Positions 1 through 8,891 of a stretch of 64,000 bases of DNA are shown here, in pieces. Source of the DNA: a bacterium (GTDB lineage Bacteria; Patescibacteriota; Minisyncoccia; Phycocordibacterales; VMGT01); assembly GCA_030697645.1 (NCBI GenBank), contig JAUYPI010000006.1:76017-140016 (forward strand), given 5' to 3'. The translations under genes were made by a program, and so were the position numbers. Every line of letters starts with the position of its first letter. Within the stretch, counting starts at the first letter, position 1. The notes beneath the pieces were generated by a model. The model ran no database searches and had not been told where the DNA came from. It saw only the letters and a program-made list of their open reading frames with translations.

Positions 1-2
1 TA

Positions 3-164
3 ATGTCAAGTAACATTATCCACAGGCAGACCGAGATCATTCCTGCAGTAATGCCCGTGTCGCTCGCTGACCTTGAGACAAGAGCGTCACGGGTGGTCGG
101 GCTTGTTCACGCTGTTCAGATTGACGTGATGGACGGGTACGGTTTCGTCGTTCAAATATTTTGA
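3..164 (+). pseudogene. rpe: Orphan 5' fragment of ribulose-phosphate 3-epimerase
   Basis: Translates EIIPAVMPVSLADLETRASRVVGLVHAVQIDVMDG, matching the N-terminus of intact Rpe at 3869, then stops at 164. Confidence 0.85.
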
Positions 165-251
165 ACCCTTTAAAAAACGTGGTAGGTTATAGCAAGTAGC
201 ACACTCGTTACGTTCTTTGTCTTCGAATCCTGTAACCGTAAGGAGTACAGA

Positions 252-1445
252 ATGGATCGGAAGTTTAAGCTCGGCTCAAACGAAGTTTTGCGCGAGCACG
301 TACGTACTCTCCTTACGGAGAAGGGCGAGATGCGTATTGGAAGTCTCGTGGGGGGTGTCATGTCGCGAGAAGGCCACCCGATGCCCTACGAAGGGCAGCC
401 GCGTCTCCTGCATATCATCGCTGGGATGGTTGAGAAAGGAGAAATAGCGGAGCGCTACGTCTCTAGCGAAACAAGGGGAAACAATGGGGATGAGTTTAGG
501 CGCAGGCAACACTTGGTTCGCCTCGGCAATACCGAGATAACGGCGATCGAGCCGGCGGCGGAAACGCCCTCATCCAGTGTCGGGAAAGAAAAGAAGCAAG
601 AGTATATCCTCCGCGCGGCTCTCGCGCGGGAAGAAATGCTCGACCCGCCTGCCGGAAAAAATCGAATCCTCACCGAGGCGATTCGGCTTGCGGGCTTGAG
701 CATCACTCCGGGCGGCGCGTGGTACCGAGCGTTCGACGGCCTTGTTTCCGCAGGCGTATTTCACCGAGAGGCAGATAAAGAAAACGCGGATGTGGTTCGT
801 TATTCTCTCACTGACGCTGGCCGCATAGAAGCGCGGCGTAGTGCTCCCGCGCGAGGGATCGGGCGTGGCGGTGCAGAGTCGTGTCCACCGCTCTCCCTTC
901 CCACAACCGAAACGCCGTCGGTGTCTCCATCGGAAGTACCGACGTCAACACCGAGAGCGGCACCCGAGCAGGCCGTGACGTATCTGTCTCGTCGCGCCGA
1001 GGAGCCAGTCGCGGTCTCCGAGCTCACGGCGCTCCTCAGCCGCGTATTCGTATTTGCCGATCACCTAGGGAGCATCAGTACTGCTCTGCTTCGCGAGCAC
1101 GATGAACTTCGCGCTCTTGGCGCGCATGTTAGAGAGGGTCTCAGCGCTCTCGAGGAGAAAGTGAGCGGCTGTGTCCACGCACTTGAGCGCATTGAGAAGG
1201 TCGAGGAGGCGACGGGGAGGCGCGCGACGGACGACGCGAATGCACTCGCGACTCAGCTCGACGAGCTCCGCATGAGCTTCAGTGCCGCGCGGGATACGCA
1301 TCCTCGCGATCTCGAGCTCGCCCGTGTGGTGCGCGAGTTCAAAGAAGAACTTTCTCGCCGCAGCGAGATGTTTGCGAACCTCGACGCAATGCACGCACGG
1401 CTTCAAGCGTGGGTTCTGGACGGGGACGCGCCTCACGCCACGTAA
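252..1445 (+). CDS. Hypothetical protein, probable winged-helix domain(s) plus C-terminal coiled coil
   Basis: 397-aa ORF, AGGAG RBS, wHTH-like end motif RYSLTDAGR, heptad-rich C-terminus. Confidence 0.7.
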   Translation: MDRKFKLGSNEVLREHVRTLLTEKGEMRIGSLVGGVMSREGHPMPYEGQPRLLHIIAGMVEKGEIAERYVSSETRGNNGDEFRRRQHLVRLGNTEITAIEPAAETPSSSVGKEKKQEYILRAALAREEMLDPPAGKNRILTEAIRLAGLSITPGGAWYRAFDGLVSAGVFHREADKENADVVRYSLTDAGRIEARRSAPARGIGRGGAESCPPLSLPTTETPSVSPSEVPTSTPRAAPEQAVTYLSRRAEEPVAVSELTALLSRVFVFADHLGSISTALLREHDELRALGAHVREGLSALEEKVSGCVHALERIEKVEEATGRRATDDANALATQLDELRMSFSAARDTHPRDLELARVVREFKEELSRRSEMFANLDAMHARLQAWVLDGDAPHAT

Positions 1446-1488
1446 CTCGCCCCCATAGTACTCCACGCTTTACAATGAGGAGAGCACC

Positions 1489-3654
1489 ATGTCTGACTTC
1501 GATATCGTGATCGAAGGGGGACAGGTCGCTGTCCCCCAATCAACCAAATCGTCCTGCGCCGAGAGTACCGCTTTGAACGCGGGCAACCCCCTCGAGCGTT
1601 TACTGCAACGATCAGAGATACGCTCTCTTATAGCGCGTATACTCCGCGGCGAGCCGGTGACGAGCGTCGAAAAGCGCGCGGCGCTCTCCGAGGGGCAGTG
1701 CGAGGATGCGCAAGCGCGCGTGGCGCTCGCTGATCTTATCTTTATCGCTCTGCGGGGCCCCGACCGACGTCCTGATACGGATCACTCCATCCGAGAGCAG
1801 CAACCCGAGCAAGTGGCGAAGCCCTTGGCAGCGCAACCTCGACGTGGTCGTGGACGGCCGCGAGCGGAGCCACTGTTGTCTTTTGATGAGGCAGTGCGTG
1901 CCCTACCGCTCTTGACCCGTCGCGAGGCACAGGTTTTCAAACTTCGCTATGGCATTGGTGGTAAGGGCCAGAAGTCTGTCTCAGAGACTGCGTCCTACTT
2001 GGGGGTTTCGACCGCGAATGTATATACAACCGAGCGCAGCGCTTATGTGAGGCTCAAACGCTCCTCTGTCGTGCCGCAACCGGGACAACAAAGCGGTACA
2101 GAATCGGCGGATCAACGCACGCCACACACGATAGAAAGGACGTTGCCAAAGAAGCCAGAACAGAACCGCGAGCGGCATTTTCCCAGGTCCGAAAGGCGGC
2201 GTGGCCCGAGGCCAAAGGCAGACAAGCCCGTCGATGATGCACTGCGTGAGTTTGAGCAGGAGCGGCTGCGTGCGCTCGTCCTTGAAGACGCTCGCGAAAT
2301 GCATGGCGAGCGCGAGAGCGCGGCGAGAGCTTTGTTCACCGAAGCCCCGGAAGCCCGGTACGAGCCGGAGGCGTGGATTGGCACGATCAGCGCGTACTTT
2401 GCTGCCGCAGTGCGCCGTCCTCTTTTGTCGGCAGAGGAGACGTTGCAACTTTTCAAGAAGATTGATGCCGAGCGCAGCGAGATCGAGGCGCTCCTCAGCG
2501 CTCACCCTGCCGGCGCTCTCTCGCTTGAGGCTGCTCGACGGGAGCGCCCACCGTGGCACAACCTCGTTCGCTGGATGACGCTAAGGGAGAGAGAGAATGA
2601 ACCGCACACGTCTGAGGAGAAGGACAGAGACGCTCGAGATCGAGAGTTGCTCGATATGTCGGAGACGACCACTGAAGATGAGGAGACAGACGATCCAGAA
2701 GTTGCTCCAGGTCGGGTGCTCTCGCGCGCACTCGAGATACTCGAGGGACGACTTCTGAAGGATGGGTCTACGCTCGCATGCGCGGCGCTCTCCGTGCTTC
2801 TTTCTGAAGCTACGCCACGCCTCTCTCGGCTCATGGCGCTTGAGACAGAAGCCTTCGAGCACAACATGCGTCTGGTCACCTCGATTGCCTCACGGTTTCA
2901 GGGATTAGGGCTTGAGTACCTTGATCTTGTACAGGAGGGTAATATCGGCCTCATGCGGGCGATTGAGAAGTACGACTGGCGGCGAGGAATCCACCTCTCG
3001 ACGTACGCAGTGTGGTGGATTCGACAGGCGATTTTCCGAGCGGTTTGGGACAAGGGCAGCACGATCAGAATTCCGGTGCATATACGCGAGGCGACAATGA
3101 AACTACGTGCGGCTCATGCGCGCATCATGGCGCGGTCGGCAGGCGGTCGCGAACCTACGGACGAGGATCTTGCGCTCGAGCTCGATTGGGAGGTTAGCGA
3201 GGTATCCAAGGTGCGCGATACTCTCCGGCTAGACTCTACGCGCTCGCTCGATCAGCCGGTTTCGAGCCATTCGTCCGGATCCGACTCGGATGGGACGGCG
3301 CTCCTCGCGTTCATTCCTGATGCGAATGCGTCTGATGCCGGAGACCCTGTTACTGACATCGAGCGTCGAGAGGACGTAGCGCAGCTCCTTAAGACGCTCT
3401 CGCCGAGAGAGGAGAGGGTGCTGCGCCTGCATTATGGTATTGTCGAGGAGAAACCGCAGACACTCGAGCAGATTGGACGGGTTTTTGGCGTCTCGCGCGA
3501 GCGGATCCGGCAGATTGAGGTGAAAGCGTTTTCTAAATTACGACGGCGCATGCAGGCGCTCGACATCTCCTCGGAAGAGGAAATGGGAGAGAAGTTGCAA
3601 TCGTTCTTTTCTCATCCGCGCGAGGACTCGCGCGAAGCACAGAGGAGAGCGTGA
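1489..3654 (+). CDS. RpoD-like sigma-70 factor with an extra N-terminal region-4-like domain
   Basis: Region 2 DLVQEGNIGLMRAIEKYD..STYAVWWIRQAI; region 4 TLEQIGRVFGVSRERIRQIE; GAGGAG RBS. Confidence 0.9.
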   Translation: MSDFDIVIEGGQVAVPQSTKSSCAESTALNAGNPLERLLQRSEIRSLIARILRGEPVTSVEKRAALSEGQCEDAQARVALADLIFIALRGPDRRPDTDHSIREQQPEQVAKPLAAQPRRGRGRPRAEPLLSFDEAVRALPLLTRREAQVFKLRYGIGGKGQKSVSETASYLGVSTANVYTTERSAYVRLKRSSVVPQPGQQSGTESADQRTPHTIERTLPKKPEQNRERHFPRSERRRGPRPKADKPVDDALREFEQERLRALVLEDAREMHGERESAARALFTEAPEARYEPEAWIGTISAYFAAAVRRPLLSAEETLQLFKKIDAERSEIEALLSAHPAGALSLEAARRERPPWHNLVRWMTLRERENEPHTSEEKDRDARDRELLDMSETTTEDEETDDPEVAPGRVLSRALEILEGRLLKDGSTLACAALSVLLSEATPRLSRLMALETEAFEHNMRLVTSIASRFQGLGLEYLDLVQEGNIGLMRAIEKYDWRRGIHLSTYAVWWIRQAIFRAVWDKGSTIRIPVHIREATMKLRAAHARIMARSAGGREPTDEDLALELDWEVSEVSKVRDTLRLDSTRSLDQPVSSHSSGSDSDGTALLAFIPDANASDAGDPVTDIERREDVAQLLKTLSPREERVLRLHYGIVEEKPQTLEQIGRVFGVSRERIRQIEVKAFSKLRRRMQALDISSEEEMGEKLQSFFSHPREDSREAQRRA

Positions 3655-3690
3655 AGCCCCGCGACCACATGTCGCGGGGCTTAATTTTTT
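3654..3690 (+). terminator. Intrinsic terminator
   Basis: AAGCCCCGCGAC-cacat-GTCGCGGGGCTT followed by a T-run. Confidence 0.75.
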
Positions 3691-3820
3691 ATAGGACTTA
3701 CGCGTTTGGCGCATTTCTTTGTTGCCTTCGTCGCTCAAACCTGTCGCTCGTAGCTTCAAGTACGTCTCGCGTTTTCGCTCCTCGGCGTCTCGATACTCTG
3801 CTCAAACGCGTAAGTCCTAT
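3691..3820. mobile_element. MITE-like element with 18-bp terminal inverted repeats
   Basis: ATAGGACTTACGCGTTTG (3691-3708) and CAAACGCGTAAGTCCTAT (3803-3820), non-coding interior. Confidence 0.7.
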
Positions 3821-3868
3821 GTTCAATGAAGTCTGTTAAAAATGGCTCTTCGGCTGTAAGATAGATAT

Positions 3869-4585
3869 ATGCCTGCAACTCATAGTGGCGTTGAAATTAT
3901 TCCCGCCATCATGCCGGACTCGCTCGCGGACCTCCTCGAGAAGGCAGGGCGCGCTGCGGGAATCGTGCCGTTTGTACAAATTGACGTGATGGACGGCAGG
4001 TTTGTGCCGAGCGTTGATTGGCCGTACACTGGCGAGAGCGCACAAAAAGAATTTGAAGAACTCGTGCGGGGCAGTAAGACCTTGCCATTCGCCGAAAAGC
4101 TCAACTACGAAGTTGACCTCATGGTCGCGGAGCCGGAGCGCTCTGTTGCGGATTGGGTGCGCGCGGGTGTGAAGCGCGTCATTGTGCATATTGAGAGCAG
4201 TACGTATATCACGGCCGCGCTGATCAGCGGTCGCGCCGCCGCAGAGGTGCGCGGTGGCGGAGTTGAATTCGCAATCGCGCTCAATACAACGACAGAGAAC
4301 ACCGTGCTCGGCCCTTACCTCGACCATATAGATTTCGTGCAGTTCATGGGGATTGAAAAAATCGGCTACCAAGGCCGAGCCTTTGACGAGCGCGTGCTGG
4401 GGAAAATCCGCGATTTACGAGAGAGGCGCTCGGGTGTTATCATAAGTGTTGACGGCGGCGTCAATTTCGACACCGCGCCGCGGCTCATTGAGTCGGGCGC
4501 GAATCGGCTCGTCTCCGGATCAGCCATTTTCGGAAGTGACGATATCCGAGCCGCAATTGAGAAACTACAAACTTCGGCAAAGTAA
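3869..4585 (+). CDS. rpe: Ribulose-phosphate 3-epimerase
   Basis: QIDVMDGRFVP, EVDLMV, SVDGGVN, LVSGSAIF motifs. Confidence 0.93.
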   Translation: MPATHSGVEIIPAIMPDSLADLLEKAGRAAGIVPFVQIDVMDGRFVPSVDWPYTGESAQKEFEELVRGSKTLPFAEKLNYEVDLMVAEPERSVADWVRAGVKRVIVHIESSTYITAALISGRAAAEVRGGGVEFAIALNTTTENTVLGPYLDHIDFVQFMGIEKIGYQGRAFDERVLGKIRDLRERRSGVIISVDGGVNFDTAPRLIESGANRLVSGSAIFGSDDIRAAIEKLQTSAK

Positions 4586-4602
4586 ACCATGTCGGCACAA
4601 TT

Positions 4603-4920
4603 ATGAACAAGGAGCTAAAACAAGAATTTGCGCGGCTGCACATCCGTCTCGATGCCATCGAGATGGACGTTCGATCTGTTAAGTCAGACGTGTCAAACAT
4701 TAAGTCCGACGTGTCTACTCTGAAGTCGGATGTATCTACACTCAAGTCCGATGTTGCTGGGTTGCAGTACAATACTGCGGTACAGTTTCGTGAAGTGCGA
4801 AATGATCTCGCGATGCTCATGAAGAACCTCGATCCGCTTGGCGATCCAAATGAAGCGGCGGATCTTTATGGTCGCGTCAAGTATCTCGAATTGAAGCTCG
4901 GCATAGAGAGTGGTAAATAA
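4603..4920 (+). CDS. Small coiled-coil protein with heptad tandem repeats
   Basis: KSDVSNI-KSDVSTL-KSDVSTL-KSDVAGL; 21-nt repeats at 4681-4764. Confidence 0.8.
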   Translation: MNKELKQEFARLHIRLDAIEMDVRSVKSDVSNIKSDVSTLKSDVSTLKSDVAGLQYNTAVQFREVRNDLAMLMKNLDPLGDPNEAADLYGRVKYLELKLGIESGK

Positions 4921-4924
4921 ATCC

Positions 4925-5074
4925 ATGCTGTCTTTGCTTTTTCTTATACTTATGGGTTTGACTGTTTGGTTTGGATTTCAAAAAAAGTTTGTTGCACTCG
5001 CCATAACCTCTACGCTGCTCGTTCTTCTAATCGGGTTTTGGATTTGGCTCGGAACTCAAGTGATAATCAATTAG
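4925..5074 (+). CDS. 49-aa two-helix membrane microprotein (not in ORF track)
   Basis: MLSLLFLILMGLTVWFGFQKKFVALAITSTLLVLLIGFWIWLGTQVIIN fills the gap between flanking genes almost exactly. Confidence 0.6.
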   Translation: MLSLLFLILMGLTVWFGFQKKFVALAITSTLLVLLIGFWIWLGTQVIIN

Positions 5075-5079
5075 AGAAG

Positions 5080-5967
5080 ATGCCCCACCTCCACGAAGAC
5101 AAAATAAAATTTCTAGAGAGTAAAGCGAATGAGATTCGCATTTCGCTCATTGAGTCACTTATCGCAGCTGGCTCTGGCCACACGGCAGGCCCCTTGGGCA
5201 TGGCGGATATTTTCACCGCGTTTTATTTTCACATCCTTAATCACGATCCGAAAAATCCGCTCTGGGAAGAACGGGATAGACTCATCCTTTCAAATGGTCA
5301 CATCACGCCGATCCGTTATGCTACCATGGCGCACGCGGGGTATTTTCCGATTGAGGATTTGAAAACATTGCGGAAATTCGGCTCGCCCCTTCAAGGGCAC
5401 CCCGAGCGCGAGCGTTTGCCCGCGGTCGAGACCACGTCCGGGCCGCTCGGTTCCGGACTCGGCCAGGCGGCGGGGTACGCCTACGGCGCGCGCATGGACG
5501 GCAAGAAATTTCGCGTCTATTGCCTCATGTCCGACGGCGAGCAGCAGGCGGGGAATACCTGGGAGGCGGCGATGTTTGCGGGGAATAACAGGCTCGCGAA
5601 CCTCACGGCGGTGATGGACAGAAACAATATACAAATAAACGGTCCCACAGAGGACATTATGCCCCTCGAGCCTTTGCGCGCGAAGTACGAGGCGTTCAAC
5701 TGGCATGTGATCGAAGTCGGCGGTCACGATTTTGAGGAGTTCGTCGCGGCGGTCGAGGAAGCAAAAGCAGTACTTGAAAAACCGACGCTTATCCTCGCGC
5801 ACGTGATCCCGGGCAAAGGCATCAAAGAGATCGAAGGCGACTACCGCTGGCACGGCTGTACCCCGGGAGGCGGGCCCGAGGACGTGTTTAAGAAAGCGGA
5901 GCAGGGGGCGAAGTTTTTGGAGGAACTGCGGGCGCTTGGAGAAATGATTAAAAACGCACACGTGTAG
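5080..5967 (+). CDS. Transketolase, N-terminal (TPP-binding) subunit
   Basis: SGHTAG, LSNGH, LQGHP, SDGEQQAG, DRNNIQ motifs; start moved to ATG 5080. Confidence 0.93.
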   Translation: MPHLHEDKIKFLESKANEIRISLIESLIAAGSGHTAGPLGMADIFTAFYFHILNHDPKNPLWEERDRLILSNGHITPIRYATMAHAGYFPIEDLKTLRKFGSPLQGHPERERLPAVETTSGPLGSGLGQAAGYAYGARMDGKKFRVYCLMSDGEQQAGNTWEAAMFAGNNRLANLTAVMDRNNIQINGPTEDIMPLEPLRAKYEAFNWHVIEVGGHDFEEFVAAVEEAKAVLEKPTLILAHVIPGKGIKEIEGDYRWHGCTPGGGPEDVFKKAEQGAKFLEELRALGEMIKNAHV

Positions 5968-5997
5968 CTCAACGTTCCAAGTGAGAGATTTAAGGGT

Positions 5998-6372
5998 ATG
6001 GAGCCGAAACTGATACGTGAAAAAGTCAAGCCGGACGAATTGGTAAGACTGATACGCGATGGACTTTACGATACGATGGCGAAACTTGCAGTAGATGTTG
6101 AGCGCGGGATTCTTGCAATAGGCGGCGAGTGGCATTCCGACGCAGAGGAAGTGTTGACCGCGGATGGTTCTCAAGCGAATAATGTGTGGGGCGTAAATTT
6201 TTATCCTTGGAAAGAGTCGCGGGAGCGCATTGTCTATACATCGCTCATTAACCTCAAGCCGCTCGTTCCGCATCGAAAGATGGAGATTACGGATCTGGGC
6301 ATGCGAACGAAGATACATGATCTTGTCACGCGGTTATTGCTCTATGACGACGAAACCTTACCAGCCGAATAG
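5998..6372 (+). CDS. DUF5674-like protein
   Basis: KLAVDVERGILAIGGEWHSDAEEVL..GS..NVWGVNFYP..YTSLINLKP pattern. Confidence 0.75.
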   Translation: MEPKLIREKVKPDELVRLIRDGLYDTMAKLAVDVERGILAIGGEWHSDAEEVLTADGSQANNVWGVNFYPWKESRERIVYTSLINLKPLVPHRKMEITDLGMRTKIHDLVTRLLLYDDETLPAE

Positions 6373-6652
6373 CGAGAAGTGGCAGTCGTTTCCACGTGAT
6401 GTCCAAATGCGGCATATCGCCGCAGAGCTCACGCGTGCAACGAGCGCCGGAGCGCGGGGGCAAGGAGAACTTGAGCAGGAATCGCTCGAGCGGTCGCTCA
6501 TACTTGTGGACGCCTCGCTCGCGGACCCGCAATGGAATGATAAAAAAGCACTCTATCGGCTTCGCGATGCGCTTGCTGCACTGTACGCAAAACATCTCGA
6601 TCCTGCATTGAGCCGCTATATTGCCGAGGTATTATTGACCACCACGTCTTAA
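6344..6652 (+). CDS. Small helical protein coupled to the DUF5674 gene
   Basis: Overlaps upstream gene; KWQSF..QMRHIAAELTRA helical-bundle pattern. Confidence 0.65.
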   Translation: MTTKPYQPNSEKWQSFPRDVQMRHIAAELTRATSAGARGQGELEQESLERSLILVDASLADPQWNDKKALYRLRDALAALYAKHLDPALSRYIAEVLLTTTS

Positions 6653-6656
6653 AAAC

Positions 6657-7262
6657 ATGAACAACAAATCAGCGCCTATCTTCATCATGGTGGTCGTAGG
6701 TGTTCTTGCGATCGTCCTCCTGGGTGGAATGTATTTGTCGCGTTTTTTTTCAACGAGCAACACGGATCGTAGCGGTGCAAAAACTGCCTGCACCCAAGAA
6801 GCAAAACTCTGCCCCGACGGCACCGCCGTCGGCCGCACCGGTCCGAACTGCGAGTTTGAGGCGTGCGCAACTTCGGACAACCAACTGCCAACGACCAATG
6901 AACCGAATACGTCAGAGTGGAAAACGTATCGGAATGAAGAGTATGGGTTTGAGATGAAGTACCCGCCAACATGCCGCGTTTATTTAAATGAGGTATTCGC
7001 GAAGCCGCCTACGCCGACGTGTTTTTCCATTTTTGTGAGAGGGGAGAATAGCTTTAATCTTGAAGAGTTTCTCGAAAGTGCTAAACAAGACAATTCACTT
7101 ACGGCGTTCAAAATCGGCGGTGAGGCCGCTTACCGTATTCAAGGAACCATAAAGAAAATGGATACTATAGTGGTCAAATATAATGGTTTTGTGTACACTT
7201 TTCCGGATGCCGACTTCTTATTACGGGAGGGTATTTTATCCACCGTTAAATTCACCAACTGA
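6657..7262 (+). CDS. Membrane-anchored protein: CTxEAKLCPDG Cys motif plus PsbP-like domain
   Basis: N-terminal TM helix; ACTQEAKLCPDGTAVGRTGPNCEF; WKTYRNEEYGFEMKYP; ends ILSTVKFTN. Confidence 0.85.
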   Translation: MNNKSAPIFIMVVVGVLAIVLLGGMYLSRFFSTSNTDRSGAKTACTQEAKLCPDGTAVGRTGPNCEFEACATSDNQLPTTNEPNTSEWKTYRNEEYGFEMKYPPTCRVYLNEVFAKPPTPTCFSIFVRGENSFNLEEFLESAKQDNSLTAFKIGGEAAYRIQGTIKKMDTIVVKYNGFVYTFPDADFLLREGILSTVKFTN

Positions 7263-7266
7263 TCGT

Positions 7267-7309
7267 CTCCATGATTCTTGATTCATAATTCTTACTTCAT
7301 CCGTCATGT
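7267..7309 (+). repeat. 43-bp direct repeat, copy 1 (cassette junction)
   Basis: CTCCATGATTCTTGATTCATAATTCTTACTTCATCCGTCATGT, identical to 8892-8934. Confidence 0.9.
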
Positions 7310-7407
7310 TCCTCAACCCATACGCAAAACTCATCCAAAACCCGTTTGATCTCGCCTCGCTCGAGAAAAAGCCGACACGGGACGGCTTCGGAAAGGGTAC
7401 GTGTTGA
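7306..7407 (+). pseudogene. Orphan 5' fragment 1 of transketolase C-terminal subunit
   Basis: MFLNPYAKLIQNPFDLASLEKKPTRDGFGKG then TC-stop; matches the start of the gene at 10374. Confidence 0.9.
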
Positions 7408-7431
7408 CATACAATTGTATAAGTATACAAT
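7404..7431 (+). promoter_or_regulatory. Sigma-70 promoter with overlapping palindromic operator for the RHH-PIN pair
   Basis: TTGACA-16 nt-TACAAT; palindrome ATACAATTGTAT at 7409-7420. Confidence 0.7.
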
Positions 7432-7438
7432 AGTATAT

Positions 7439-7696
7439 ATGGCTACCATAGACTATATCACAACCAATATTCGTCTGCCGAAGGAAGATTTAAAAGTATT
7501 GAAACAGGAGGCGTTCGCGAAAGAGCAAAGTGTGGGCGCGCTTCTTCGGTCTTTGGTTCGCGAACATTTTACGGGGCGTGCGGGGGTGCACACCAAACGC
7601 GCGCGTCGTTCCGTATGGGATCTTCCGAAGCGCGCACAGAAAACCGGTGCGCGAAATCTCGCATCCAACGTTGACCGCATCGTGTATGGAATATAA
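7439..7696 (+). CDS. Ribbon-helix-helix (CopG-like) antitoxin
   Basis: TTNIRLPKEDLKVLKQEA..SVGALLRSLV; overlaps the PIN gene. Confidence 0.8.
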   Translation: MATIDYITTNIRLPKEDLKVLKQEAFAKEQSVGALLRSLVREHFTGRAGVHTKRARRSVWDLPKRAQKTGARNLASNVDRIVYGI

Positions 7697-8117
7697 CCGA
7701 AAAATATTGGTTGACGCGAACGTGTTTATTGCCCTTTTGAACAAAGATGACGCACTGCATCTCCGGGCAGTCGCTCTTTGGGCCGACATGAAGCAAGAAA
7801 ATCGCGAGCTCGTTACCTTGAATGTTGTCGCGTCTGAGGCGCTGACCGTTTTGAGCCAGCGAGGAAGCAAGGCGCTCGCGCTTGAATTGGCCGAGACGCT
7901 GTACGGTGATGGTAAAAATGATATAGAAATGGTATATGCCGACCGCATGCTCGAAGAGAGAGCGCTCGAGCGATTTCGGAGCATTCGCAGTAAAAATTTT
8001 AGTTTTGTTGACACTATCATTTTGGCGGCATTAGAGCGGTACGCCATACCGGCGCTCGCCTCGTTTGATCGCATCCTTGAGAGGTATGCGAGCGCCGGTA
8101 CCTTACGGCAGGTGTAA
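7686..8117 (+). CDS. vapC: PIN-domain (VapC-like) toxin
   Basis: ILVDANVFIAL..D..H, SFVDTI, ASFD acidic motifs. Confidence 0.88.
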   Translation: MEYNRKILVDANVFIALLNKDDALHLRAVALWADMKQENRELVTLNVVASEALTVLSQRGSKALALELAETLYGDGKNDIEMVYADRMLEERALERFRSIRSKNFSFVDTIILAALERYAIPALASFDRILERYASAGTLRQV

Positions 8118-8158
8118 TCGAGCCCTGAATCTTTGGCACGCCTAGAAATCTCCATGGT

Positions 8159-8887
8159 ATGCACAAGCGCACCACAATTGTTTCTCTGGCACTCATCATT
8201 GCCGCCGCGGGCGGGTATGTGCTGTATGCTTCAATCATTGGAGACGTGACGCAGGACAGTGGAAGTACGCAGGCGTGCACTGAGGAAGCAAAACTCTGCC
8301 CGGATGGCAGCACCGTAGGCCGCACCGGGCCGAACTGCGAGTTTGCGGCCTGTCCCAGTCCGGAAATTATTTTTGGTAAGAAAGCCGAGGAATTATGCGG
8401 GCCGCAGCCACCGGCAGAGTGTGGGCCAGGAACAGCGCTCGGATGTTACACGAAAAGCAAAAAGTGGTCTTGTTACCCAGAAATGACTGGGTTTGATACC
8501 TCGGACTGGAAAACCTACCGGAGTGAGGAGTATGGGTTTGAAGTGCGTTACCCACAACAATGGTACAAACACGAAGCGGAGCTATTTCTTTTTTTAACTC
8601 CGACGAGCCCTGAGGTTATTACCGAATCACCTGGGATTAACTTTGTTCTGAAGCCGCTCGAAGGGCGAACAATCCAGCAGTCAGAGGATACGATAAATTT
8701 TGATCGCGAGTGCCAGCCAACAATTTTTGGAGGAAGAGGTGCGACCAAATGTCATCCGGTTATTTCTTTTGCTGGAGAAAGCTTTACATTTATTCGAATG
8801 TCAGACGGCCAGTATCTTTCAATCGGTGATTATTTAACGAGCGATCTTTCTGGCCTCATTCTCTCCACCTTCAAGTTCACCAAATGA
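8159..8887 (+). CDS. Membrane-anchored protein: CTxEAKLCPDG motif, second Cys-rich module, PsbP-like domain
   Basis: TM helix; ACTEEAKLCPDGSTVGRTGPNCEF; WKTYRSEEYGFEVRYP; ends ILSTFKFTK. Confidence 0.85.
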   Translation: MHKRTTIVSLALIIAAAGGYVLYASIIGDVTQDSGSTQACTEEAKLCPDGSTVGRTGPNCEFAACPSPEIIFGKKAEELCGPQPPAECGPGTALGCYTKSKKWSCYPEMTGFDTSDWKTYRSEEYGFEVRYPQQWYKHEAELFLFLTPTSPEVITESPGINFVLKPLEGRTIQQSEDTINFDRECQPTIFGGRGATKCHPVISFAGESFTFIRMSDGQYLSIGDYLTSDLSGLILSTFKFTK

Positions 8888-8891
8888 GCGC

